A stretch of DNA of 64,000 nucleotides from the human T2T-CHM13v2.0 reference genome, Homo sapiens. The DNA lies in the NCBI RefSeq assembly GCF_009914755.1, contig NC_060928.1; one strand, 5' to 3'. The notes below the pieces were generated by a model that saw only the letters and a program-made list of their open reading frames with translations, was not told where the DNA came from and made no database searches. Shown one piece after another: positions 43,286-56,559 of this stretch. Positions within the stretch are counted from its first letter, which is position 1. The number at the start of each line of letters is the position of its first letter. The translations under genes and the position numbers were made by a program.

Positions 43286-46200
43286 TAGAGAAAGCATAGC
43301 CTTTTCAGCAAATGGTGCTGAAATAATTGAATATTCACATGCAAAAAGTGAACTTTGAGCCACACCGTGTGCCATATTCAAAAATTAACACAAAATAGAA
43401 CATAGACCTAAAGGTAAAACTGAAACTATCACATTTCTAAAAGACAATTTAGGAGATCATATTTGTTAATCTGGGTTAGACAATGATTTCTTAGATATGA
43501 TGCCAAAAGCATGATCCAAAAAAGAACTGGTCAACTGAACTTCTTCAAAATTTAAAACCACAGCCCTTGAAGACAGTTGGGAGAATGAAACAACAAGCCA
43601 CAGACTGGAAGAAGATGTTTGCAAAACACATGTCTAATAAAGAACATCTATCCAAAATATACAAAGAACTTTTAAAAATCAACATTAAGACAACCTAATT
43701 AAAAATAAGCAAAGACATCTGAACAGACACCTCGCCGAAGAATATGTACAGATAGAAAACATGCATAAGAACAGATTCTCAACATCCTTGGTCACTAGGG
43801 AACTGCAAATTAAAATAACAATGAGATACCACTACATCTCTATTAGAATAGCTACAACTCAAAATACCGATAATACCTAATGCTGCTGAGAATTCAAAGC
43901 AACAACTCTCATTGTTCGTAGAACTGCAAAGTGGAGTAACATCAGCAAGACAGCAGAATAGAAAGCCCCTGACTACCTGAGATCTGAAGTCAACAACATA
44001 CAGACCAATTTCTTTTGTGAGTAATCCAGAGACTAGTTAAAATGCATCTGTAACTTAAGAGAACACAAAACCAGCTGCATCTCCAATAAGAACATTTGTG
44101 GCATTCATTCACCACAGTCCACCTCCAAAGCTCAGCATGGAACCAGCAGAAAACTCCCAACTCCTGGTTTCTCCCAGGGAAAGGAGTTGGAGCATGACTT
44201 CAGCGTTCTGTCTTTACAGGGGGCTGCCCAAGTGACTGTTTTCTGTCTGGGATTATGGACAGGACTTGGAATACCCTAGATGCCTAGAGGCCGCTGAGGA
44301 CAGAAGAGGGCTTGGCTGCTTCCTGTCATTCCAGAAGACCTGCAGTACAGTGGAGGCTGATACAACTTGGTAGCCTTTCCCTGGGAACTGGGGGTGGAGG
44401 AGAGAATTGCGGAGCATGTATCCAATGTTCTGATGTTTTAGGGCTTCCCAAGGGACTGATTTCTCTCTTGCCTGACTCGGAGTACTAACAGGACCTAGAA
44501 AACTCTAGAAGCCTTGGGCATCTGAGAACAAAAGAGTGGGGCTGTTTGTGACAGTCCAGAAAACCTGCAGTACCACAGACTGACACCAGAAGGAAGGAGA
44601 GATTATGGACATCTGAGGAACCCACAAATCATTAATTGGGAATCTGCGCGGGACAACACAGACACAGAAATAGATAAAGGATATTATATAATGATAAAAT
44701 GGTCAATCACCAGGAAGATCTAACAACGATAAATACATAGTACCCAACATTAAAGCATCCAAATATATGAATCAAACATTGAGGGAAATGAAAGGAGAAA
44801 CAAACAGCAACACAATAATAGTAGGTTTCAGTATCCCCACTTTCAATAATAGGGCATCCAGACATATCAATAGTGGACGAAAGGGCTTGAACAACACTAT
44901 AGATCACATAGACCTAACAGACATATACAGAACATTCCATCCAACAGCAACAGCATGCACATTCTTCCCAAAAGCACATGAAACATTATCCAGAATTGCC
45001 CATGTTAGGTTACAAAACAAGTCTTAACAAATTTAAGATGATTGAAATCAGACCTAGTATCTCTTCAGACCACGGTGGAATAAAACTAGAAATCAGTGCA
45101 ATAAGAAAACTAGAAAATTGACAAATATGTGAAAATTAAACAAGATACTCTTCAACCACTAGAAAAATGAGAAAAAATTATACCCAAACTTAGCAGCGGG
45201 AAGGAAATAATAAAGATTGAAGCATAAATAAATGAAATATAGAATATAAAAACAAAATAAAAACCAATGAAACTGAGTTGGTTATTTGAAAATAGAAAAA
45301 TTGACAAATCTTTAGCTAGACTAAGAACAAAAGAAAATTCACAATTAAAAAATCAGAAATGAAACAGAGGATACTACTTCTGATGCCACAGAAATAAGAA
45401 GGATTACAAGAGACTGCTATGAACCATTATAGGCTAACAACTTAGATAACCTAAGAGAAATAGATAAATTCCTAGAAACACACAACCTACGATGACTGAA
45501 TCATGAGAAAATAGAATATATGAAGACTTACAACTAGCAAGGAGATTGAATCAGTAATCAAAAATCTCCCAACACAGAAAAGTCAAGGACCAGAGGGTTC
45601 CACTGAAAAATTCTACCAAACATTTAAAGAAGAATTAAAATCAATCCTCCTCAAACTCTTCCAAAAAACTGAAGAGGGAACACTTTCAAATTCATTGTAT
45701 GAGGTCACCATGATCCTGATGCTAAATCCAGACAAAGATATTAACAAAAAAGACCACACGCCGATATCTCTAACAAACATAGGTACAAATATCCTCAACA
45801 AAACAATAGCAAGCCAAATTCAACAACACATTAAAAAAAATCATACGCGATGATCAAGTGAAATTTATCCCTGGGATGCAAAGATGGTTCAACATATGAA
45901 AATCAATCAATCACATAAACAGAAAGGATAAAAATCACATAATGAATTCAATAGATGCAGAAAAAGCATTTGACAAAAATTAACACCTTTTCATGATAAA
46001 AAACACTTTCAACCATTAGAAATAGAGAAAATTATATAAATATAATAAAGGCCACATATGAAAGCCCACAGCTAACATCATACTTAGTGAAAAACTGAAA
46101 GCTTTTTCTCTAACACCAGGAAGACAAAGATGTCTACCCTTGCCACTTCTATGCGATACAGTACTGAAAGACCTAGCTAGAGCAATTAGGCAATAAAAAG

Positions 46201-46707
46201 AAGTCAAAGGCATCCAAATCAGAAAGAAAGAACTAAAATTATCTTTGTTCATTAACGATGCAATCTTATGTGTAGAAAACCTTATTTAAAAAAGCTGTCA
46301 GAACCAATAAAAGAATTCAGTAAAGATGCAGAATACAGATTCAGCATACATAAATCAGTTGCATTTCTATATACTAAAAATGAACAAGGCAAAAAAGAAA
46401 TTAAGAAAATCCCATTTACAATAGCATCAAAAAGAATGAAATATTTAGAAATAAACTTAACCAAGGAGGCAGAAAACTTGTACACTGAAAACTACAAAAC
46501 ATTGCTAAAAGAAATTAAAGAAGACACAAATAAAAGACAGCACTGGTCATGAATTAAAGATTCAATATTTTTGAAATATCCACATGACTCAAAGCAATCT
46601 ACAGATTCAATGCAATCCCTATAAAATCCCAATGGCATTTTTTACAGAAATAGGAAAAAGCAATCCCCAAACCCCAAAATTCAAAGGAACCACAAAGACC
46701 CCTAGTA

Positions 46708-46708
<1 letters not shown>

Positions 46709-46755
<47 letters not shown>
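46709..46755. repeat. (CA)n microsatellite inside L1
   Basis: seen directly. Confidence 0.95.
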
Positions 46756-46759
<4 letters not shown>

Positions 46760-49647
46760 CCTGAGAATGAACAAAGCTGGAGGCCTCGTACTTTCTGACA
46801 GGGGCCTACAAATGTATGAAAAAAGCTACAAAAATCAAAAACAGCAAAGCAGTAACATAAAAACAGGCATGTAGACTAATGAAATACAATAGAGCACCCA
46901 GAAGTACATCCACATGAATATAGTCAACTGATCTTCAACAAGGGTGCCAAGAATACACACTGGGGAAAGGATAGTTTCAACAGGCAGGGTTGTGAAAACT
47001 GAGTGTCCACACATAAAATAATGAACCTAACCCTTATCTGACATCACACACAGAAACCTGCTCAAAATGGATTAACTCCTTTCTCATTGTTGGAACTGAA
47101 ATTTGTAGATAGGGAAGGATAGGAGGCTAGAATAATCCATGTAATGGATTAGAGTTGGAGACATCAATATGAGCTTGTTTAGCTTAATATAGATATGTAT
47201 GATAATATAAATATAGATATGAGTATATACCCAGGTTGGTATACACATACATATTTCTTAGTTCTGTCAGCACCAAAAGGGCCTAAAAGAAATAACACCT
47301 CAGTAGCAATGAGTATACCTAGCTCTGTTTCTAACACCATTCTTCAATAAAAGGAACCAAGAGTTCCTTGGAGAAATAACTGATTCTAGGATTGGACAGG
47401 AAATACACAAGATGAGCCTGGGGCATTTTGCACTGCCAGAGAGTAAGAAAATACTTTCCAAGATGAAAAAGAAAAAGAAGATGCACCCCCCGCCCTGAAA
47501 AAAATAAAAAGTCCAACCTCATTGATGGGGATATGTCAAAGGGACACAGGAGCCAAGTGAAAGAGCTCCTAATGGCCAAGCCATTAGAACAGTTTGAGTA
47601 ACAAAGCAGTACTGAATTATAACCCAAAGTATAAAATGAGTCCATACTGATAATAAGTAGAAATCTCAATAGTGGAAAAGAAACAAATGGGTACAAAATT
47701 CCACGACTTATGTAGATATTCCAGCCTCAAAAAGGAGAGCACACCTTCCCACTCCTTAAGTATGGGCTGAACTATGGTGATTTCCTTAAGTACAGTAAGA
47801 AAAGGAGAAAATGAAGAGTCAGTTCACAGTGAAGAAACCTGTACCTCAGCCAGGTATCAAGATTAATATCAAGCCATAAATCACGTTAGTAGTATGTACC
47901 CTTGATTTGATGTGATGAAAATGGCATTTTATCTCTGTGATCTTCCTTCCCAACACCCATAACCCAAGTCTAATCATGAAGAAAACATCAGACAAATTCC
48001 AACAGAGAGAGACATCCCACAAAGTATTTCGCCCACACTCTTCAACACTGTCAAGGTCATCAAAAACATGCCAACTAAATGTAATACGGTATCTAGGATA
48101 GAATCCTGGGGCAGGAAAAGGACACTAGGGAAAAACTTAGAAATTTTCTGTTTGAATAGACTCTAGAATTTACTTAACAATGTGTCAATATTAGTTCACT
48201 AATTATAACAAATGCACTGTACTAATGTAAAATGTTAATAATATAGAAACTCTGTACTATCTTTTAAAGTCTGGTTTATCTAAAACTGTTCTAAAACAAT
48301 ATAGGGTCAATTTACATGGGGGAAAAAAGATAAGCCACAGATTAGAAGAAAGTATCTGCAAAGTATCTATCTAATAAAGGATTTGTATTCAGAATAAGTC
48401 AAAAGAGCTCTCAAACCTCAATACTAGGAAAACAAAAAATCCAATTGAAAAATGGGCAACAGATCTGAGCAGACACTTCACTGAAGATGTATACATGGCA
48501 AATATGCACATGAAAAGATGCTTAACATCATTGGTCATTAGGGAAATTTGTTAAATATTGCTAAAACCACTGTGAGACAATACATATTAAAATAACTGAA
48601 ATTAAAAAGACTGGCAATGCCAAGTGTTGGCAAGATGGAGCTGGAACTCTCATAGACTGCAATGGAAATGCAAAATGTTAAAATCACTTTGAAAAAGCTT
48701 GACAGTCATTATTCTAAGCGAAGTAACTCGGGAATGGAAAACCTAAGCTATGAGGATACAAAGGCGTAAGAGTAATATAATGGACATGGTGGACTTGGGG
48801 AGGAAGGCTGGGAGGGGCATGAAGGATAAAAGATTACATTTAGGGTACAGTATACTGCTCGGGTGATGGGTGCACTAAAATCTCAGAAATCACCGCTAAA
48901 TAACTTCTCCGTGCAACCAAAAACCACCTGTACCCTCAAAAATTATTCAAATAAAATTTTTTTTTAATTTCGGTAGTATCTTGAAAAAATAAACCTACCA
49001 TATCATCCAGCCATTTCATTCTAAAGTACTTGCTCAAAAAAAAGCATATGTTCGTTCAAAGATGTATGCAAGAAAGTTCGCAGCATTCTGTGTATTCTAA
49101 TGCCTAAAACTTGAACCAACCAAAATATCCATCAATAGGTGAATAAATTGTGGCAGAACTCTACAACATAATACTTCTGAACAATAAAAAGAAATGAACT
49201 ACGGATACATGCAACATGGATGAAACGCAAAATAATGCTGAAAGAAGCCAGATTAAAAAAAAAATTACACACTATATGATTCCTTTATACTAAACTTCCA
49301 AAAATGCAACCATCTATAGTGACAGGAAGCAGATCAGTGGTTACTTGTGGGAAATGGAAGGGACAGGGACTATAGAGGACCAAGAGGAAAGCTTCAGGAG
49401 TGATCAAATGTTCATTATCCTAATTTGTGGTGATGCTTTCATGGATGTAAATATGTATATGTCAAAATATCACATTGCACACTTTAGTATGCACAGTATT
49501 TAGTATACTGATTCAATTTCGATAAAGCTGCTGAATGTGCTAATGGAGTGTTACCAAGTGGTGAGAGAGAGACTAACTATAGCAAGACGTTTTTCTTGTA
49601 AAGGAGATACTGCATGGAAAGCTGAAATTTAGAAGAGACTTCACAAT

Positions 49648-49903
49648 GAGTGCTACTCGAAGTGCTGTTCTACAAACCATCACTGGCCCATCATAACAAA
49701 TAACTTGCACAAGAAGATAAATTAACTACCACACTAAGCACACTATTTCCTTCAGCTGATAATTTTTTTAAAACCAAAATTTCTCGATGAAGACAGCAGT
49801 ATACTGATACACTTTCTGGCCCAAGCTCCTTATTGAATCACTGACCTGTAACAAACAGTTCACAGACAAGCACTTCTCTGCAGACACATTTTGAGTAGCA
49901 CTG
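49648..49903. mobile_element. hAT-Charlie-type MITE (MER5-like terminal inverted repeats)
   Basis: left gagtgctactcgaagtg; right cacattttgagtagcactg (revcomp cagtgctactcaaaatgtg). Confidence 0.6.
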
Positions 49904-50209
49904 TTTAGATCACACTCAGAAAACACTCTAAGCCTATCCTCATCTGTATGATGAGAATAGTAATAATTGCTCCGGATGCCTCAAAGAATAGTCTGATGCT
50001 CTAATAAGCCATATGGCTTGCAAATAGCAAGCACCTATTAATTATGTATTATTGAGTTACATATAATTACGTATAACTACTGAGTTATTTGGAGTCATTT
50101 AAAATAAAGCAATATATAAAAATAAAACAAGACACTTTTCATTTGCTCAGAATGCTTGTTGTTAAAGTTAACTGAGGTTACAAATGGTTTGTTTTTCCAA
50201 TGAATTTAA

Positions 50210-50993
50210 CATCCAAAAGTATTCAATATTGAGTTTATTAACAAAAGTGGATGTGTACATAGTCTTATCTCATATTTGAATATACACACTGCATAATGAC
50301 AGCTATTTTTTATCAGAGCAATGTTTCCCAAACATAGAAGCGCAGAAGTAAAATGTTATTTTCATTTTTCTGTATTCTTGATTTTAGTTTCTAGAATTCA
50401 TAAACTCAAAACTGTTCACATAAGTTTAGAGTATTTGTTCTTGTTTATCTCTGACAAAGAGGTGTTCTCTAAGAAATTTTATATTTTATAATCTTTCCTC
50501 TGAAATATGAGAAAGACATGGAATCTCCTGAGTTATATATGCAGCTTATACATTCTTTGAAAAAATTATTTTTTAAAAATATCACAAAGTATATATCCAT
50601 AATATATGTTGCTATTCACACAATTCTTTAAGCAATATTCAAGTATATTTGTGCTTTATATTTTTACATTACTTTAGAACCTATTTTTAGCTTTCAATAA
50701 AACTATGTATCTCCAAAGATTTCTCAAATATTTAATAAATGAGGCAAAACAATCATGAAAATATAAACTGCTACTATAGATTTTTCATCTTTCATTTTAT
50801 GCATTTCCTCTCAACCATGTAATTTCCTGTTAAGGAATGTTGATAAATTTTTATCTTTATAATATCAATATTGCTGCTTTCTCAGCCTGGTGCAACAGTC
50901 AAGACATCACAAGGTTTCTGAACACGCAGTATTCACTCTGCCATATAAGTTGGAGCAATAAAATCTGATAGGACTGGTATTCATCATTTCCAG
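50210..50993 (-). other. COMMD8: COMMD8 3' UTR (approximate end)
   Basis: AT-rich, repeat-free sequence after the stop; minus-strand AATAAA at 50239-50234. The true end may lie ~100 nt further. Confidence 0.65.
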
Positions 50994-51014
50994 TTATTTC
51001 AACTGCAGGACCAC
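50994..51014 (-). CDS. COMMD8: COMMD8 exon 5 coding part (VVLQLK-stop)
   Basis: tgtgttttaag|GTG GTC CTG CAG TTG AAA TAA; total spliced CDS 66+156+153+156+21=552 nt = 183 aa + stop. Confidence 0.93.
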   Translation of the reverse strand: MVLQLK

Positions 51015-52062
51015 CTTAAAACACAAATTGAAGAGAAAATATCAGGTTATACAAGACTGATGCTGATATATTCCATATTAAATGCTTTGAAGTCTCTGAA
51101 AAAGGGCATGGAGAACTCATAACAAGCAAGTACAATGCACAGTAACTGATGACATATGCCTGCTGGAATCTACGGTTCAGAATCTGTTACCATTTATATC
51201 GGGCTCTATCACATGCACCCTTCACACATGTAGCCCCAGCCATCCAGCCAAGCCTGAGCTGCTCGTTTGGTTAATAGGCATGTGGACCGGTAATCAAAGC
51301 ACTACAATGTTTGAGCAAATGCAGAGTGTGGAGAGAAGCTGAAGTTTATCAGAGTTTTTAAAAAGGAGGATCAAGAAGATTAAATAGTAGGGCAATAGAG
51401 GTTGTAAGAATCACTGAGACTTAATCACTGAGATGAGATCACTAGAGAAAATGCTGAGCAATAACGAAGAAACATACATATACAAAGACAATTATTTTTA
51501 TTCCTCCTCACAACAGTTTCCACTGTTTAAGTATTATTTTTCTCATTTATTAAACATTAGGAGCAGTTATTGTTATTTAGCCACTCCATTGTAAATGTGA
51601 AGTTTTTGGACATTCATTAGTTCTGTCTTGCCTCAACCTGATTTTGTCATAATAACTACAAGTCAGATTCTGTCTTCCATAGTTAGAGGATCATAAAAGC
51701 AATTTTCTATTATTAGTCCAGTTAATAAAGCCACTTTTTTTAGGATCGTAATTTTTTTAATCATAAAAACTCTTCAGAATCAATTTTATTATTCTAAGGT
51801 AAAAATGTTATTTTTATCATTAACGAGCATTGCAGCAAAAGAAATTCAGCTGTTAGAATAGCACTATTATTCTTTCAAAAATTACTTAGTACATTATGTT
51901 CAAAACTAATTGAACATTACAAGTTATAATTAATATCTAAAACTAGAGCTCAGAACATATTAACAAAGTATTTTCTGTGCTTAATTAACATAAAACATCT
52001 GGAGAAAAAACACTAAAAGTGAACTATGAGTCTAGGAGTATCAATCAAAACTTAAAACATTT

Positions 52063-52360
52063 GGCTGGGTGCAGTGGCCCATGCCTGTAATCCCAGCACT
52101 TTGGGAGGCCAAGGCGAGTAGATCACTTGAGGTCAAGAGTTTGAGACCAGCCTGGCCAACATGGTAAAACCCCATCTCTACTAAAAATACAAAAATTAGC
52201 CAGGCCTGGTGGCAGGCATCTGTAATCTCAGCTAGTCTGGAGGCTCAGGCACGAGAATCGCTTGAACTCGGGAGGCGGAGGTTGCAGTGAGCCGAGTTCG
52301 CGCCGTTGCCCCTCCAGCCTGGGTGACAGAGTGAGACTCCAACGCAAACAAAAAAAAACC
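52063..52360 (+). mobile_element. Alu (AluS-like) in COMMD8 intron 4
   Basis: ggctgggtgcagtggcccatgcctgtaatccc...gagactcc; flanks aaaacttaaaacatt / aaaaccttaaacatt. Confidence 0.93.
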
Positions 52361-52407
52361 CCAAAACCTTAAACATTCAAATCATATGACAAAATTATAG
52401 CAAATAC

Positions 52408-52563
52408 CTTATTCGCTGCTTCCAAGGACTGTATTAGATTCTGCAGCTCCTCTCTACTCATTTCAATAGAATAAGGTTTTACTTCACCATTTTCTTTTAC
52501 ATCTAGATGCAGGCTTAAAAGTGGCATTCGTAATGCAGCAATCTTGTCACTGGAAAGTGCAAG
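52408..52563 (-). CDS. COMMD8: COMMD8 exon 4 ([52 protein letters not shown]; COMM domain)
   Basis: ttttaaacag|CTT acceptor, AAG|gtattt donor; 156 nt open frame with the typical COMM-domain pattern. Confidence 0.95.
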
Positions 52564-53935
52564 CTGTTTAAAATCAGAAAAATAGCAATTAATAAATAGT
52601 AAAAAGAACTATATTGAGTATACATCAGAGGTTAGTTAGCAGTACATTTTTTAAAAGTACTGTTTGCTGTTGAGTATAGAGAAAGGTGAAAGAAATAAAT
52701 TAAGTCCATGCTAAAGCATATTTGAAGAACAGAAAGAGAAAGGAGAGTGAATAAAGGAGAGGAAATCGGTAGGAAAGTAAGACAACCAGTCAGCAATCTT
52801 GTGGCAGAAGCAGGTGTCTAGATCAGAGTCATGCCTGGGAAGTACTGAATGGGTCTAATGTACAAGAAACAGAGAATTCTTAAAGAAGACTGAAGGCACC
52901 AAGAAGATGAAAGTTCATGTACAAAGATAAGTGAGACCAAAAATAGTGGTAAACTCTCAGAAATTAAGATGCTTAATTCATGGTCAGCTATCTATCACAA
53001 TATTGATAAATATGTTATCAAGATACCATCTTCAATTAGAGCCACTCAACAGAAACACTCTGTACATTTACCTCACTTCTTAATTTCTTTCTCTGGAATA
53101 TATCCTAGGGGAATTGGAAGAACCAAATATTTATAATACTAATACTTCTTGAAATGAGCACTGTAGCTTCCTTGGCAGACAGCATAGGGAAACTCAATTT
53201 TTCTAGAATCTGAGCCAGAAAAATCCACAAAAACTGAATCTTTGTTTAGAATGCTGCCACTTGCAAAAAAATTACTTATGCAATGATAAGGGACATCTTC
53301 CCTAATGACCTCAAAGGATCTCCCTTGTGGTACATACACTATAGAATCAAATCTTGACATAGCTCCTCTATTCTCTCACCCAAAAACAGGACCCATAATA
53401 TCTCAGATCTGGAAGTATCAGCTTCAGGTTAACTATCTTATGCATAATTCTCCTCCTCAATATTTCCAATAAATAGTTTTTCACCCTATGCTTGAATACC
53501 ACCAATGATGATGCATGTGCTACCTTGAGAAGCGGTTACAATCATTTCCAGATATTCATACTTGTTAAAAAGTTCTTCCCCAGGTTGAATTGAAACGTAT
53601 CTTATTGCAAATAATATACGTTAGTCCTTCACCTAGTCTCTGGAGCCACAAAGCATTTATATATTTCCCCATCTATGAATTTTAGCCTTTTAAAGGTAAG
53701 TGTCATGTTTCTACTAGGTTTAATCTTTTCCAGGTACATGGTCTCAGTGTTTCAAAGCAATTTCACACACCACGATTTTAAGTTCCTGGTCATTCTTTTC
53801 TAGTTGGAGTCCAATTTGCTTAAATATCTCTTAAGTTTGGCAGCCAAAACTAAACAGATAATACACTAAGAAGATATTATCACTGGAAACAGAATGTACT
53901 AGCACCATCTCTTGCTTGAAGAACTGCAATTCTGT

Positions 53936-54236
53936 CAGGCACAGTGGCTCACGCCTGTAATCCCAGCACTTTGGGAGGCTGAGGTGGGCAGATCACCTGA
54001 GGTCGGGAGTTCTAGACCAGCATGACCGACATGGCAAAACCCCATCTCTATTAAAAATACAAAATTAGCCAGGCGTGGTGGCACATGCCTGTAATCCCAG
54101 CTACTCAGGAGGCTGAGGCAGGAGAATCACTTGAACCCGGGAGGTGGGGTTGCGGTGAGCAGAGATCGTGCCATTGCACTCCAGCCTGGGCACCAAGAGC
54201 GAAACTCCATCTCAAAAAAAAAAAAAAAAAAAAAAA
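53936..54236 (+). mobile_element. Alu (AluSp/Sq-like) in COMMD8 intron 3
   Basis: full dimer ending aagagcgaaactccatctc-A23. Confidence 0.93.
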
Positions 54237-54302
54237 CAGAACTACGTTTCTACCAACAAAATACGGGCCTGAATCAACACGAATGAAGCTATACTTTGAT
54301 AA

Positions 54303-54692
<390 letters not shown>

Positions 54693-55312
54693 TAAACTCT
54701 GAAATTGAAATTAAATTTATAAAATTTAAATATTTAAATTAAAAATCCTCTGTTTAGGTTGCCTGATTAATTTATTTTGCTTCATTTGGTCACTGATTGT
54801 AATTGGCTGTGACATAATTTTGAACTTTGTGTCACATTATACACTTGTTATAGCTCTAGTTTTGTATCACCTTCAGATCTGATAAGCATAATATTCATAA
54901 AAATGTTGAAAATGACTGGGCCAAGACCAGAGCCACAGAGACTTTTTAACTAATATAAATTCATCTGTCTTTGCTTGGTTATTTATCCAATTATGAACCC
55001 ACCTGTTATCTTCCCACATTTTTCTCTACTTAATCCACATACACAATGTAAGGCACTTTATCCAGGGTCATGCTAACATCAAGAAACACAATGTATTTAT
55101 TTCCTCTTCATCTACTGGTCTAGGTATCTTATAAGGACAAAAAGTTGGTCTGAAATTCTTCTTTATGAACTCTACTGATAGTGACTCTCAAAATGTATTA
55201 AAAACTAATGTTTTAATAATATCTTATAGATTTTCCTCCTAGAGGTAGAATCACATTTACCAGTCTTAAGAAAGCTATAAAGTCTAGAAAGTTGTGGTCA
55301 AAAATATATATT

Positions 55313-55680
<368 letters not shown>

Positions 55681-55925
55681 TTATGTCATTTAATAATTTA
55701 CAGATCTAATTATATTTATTATCAATGTAATGTTATTATACATGGCTTAGATGTTTGTAGTGTACTTATGCCCAAGTTAATTCAAGATGTAATTTAAACT
55801 ATCTTTGATATTTCTTTGGGATAATACATTCCCAAAATAACAAATTTTATATATATGATATTATAAAGATATTTCTCTATATCCAAAAAATGAAATAAAA
55901 AATACACATACTCATAGACTCTTAC

Positions 55926-56078
55926 CTTTACCTGCCAATCAAAATCCTGTAGCTGTGCAGAGGAAATAGCAACTATTTCTCTTGACAGAGCCTGTTTGAT
56001 TTCATCTTTCCTACTTTTCACGCATTTCATGATAGTTTCTTGATGAAGTGAATTCAACTGATTCAACTGCTGAAATAT
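55926..56078 (-). CDS. COMMD8: COMMD8 exon 3 ([51 protein letters not shown])
   Basis: tttttatag|ATA acceptor, AAG|gtaag donor; 153 nt; LQDFDWQV is the start of the COMM domain. Confidence 0.95.
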
Positions 56079-56343
56079 CTATAAAAATAAAAACAGGCAA
56101 AAGGGGCTTTCTGTTTAAAATGTAAAAACACAATTCCACTCTCCTTTTGCACACTTTTAAAGCAACAGTAAAAGAAAAAGAGAAATACTTCTGTAACTAT
56201 AAAAAAGAGTAAGATGAGAATGAATAACCAGAAAATAGGTTTTAACAAATTTCTGCAAAATATACAGTAAAGAAAAAGGACTGATGGAAGCAGCAGCATG
56301 GAAATGAATACACCTGGAAAACACCAAAGCTGATACCACCACG

Positions 56344-56554
56344 CAGGGTGAGTATCTCAAATCCCAAAACAGGAAAAGTTCTGCTCACTGATAGGATGCT
56401 CAAAGGAAGTGCTCATTTGAATAGTTGAGATTTCAGATTTTTTGAGTAGGGATGCTGCACTGGTGAGTATAATGCAAACATTGCAAAGTCAAAAAAATCC
56501 GAAATCCAAAACACTTCTGGTTCCATGCATTTCAAATAAGGGATACTCAACTTG
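56344..56554. mobile_element. Tigger-derived MITE (MER46/Tigger4-like)
   Basis: TIRs cagggtgagtatct ... gggatactcaacttg followed by TA; internal aaaaaatccgaaatccaaaacacttctggt. Confidence 0.75.
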
Positions 56555-56559
56555 TATTA

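Noticed and set aside
44707-46874. Endonuclease/RT-like ORFs suggesting an active reverse transcriptase system
   Set aside because: Fragmented, frameshifted L1 ORF2 remnants; no intact ORF
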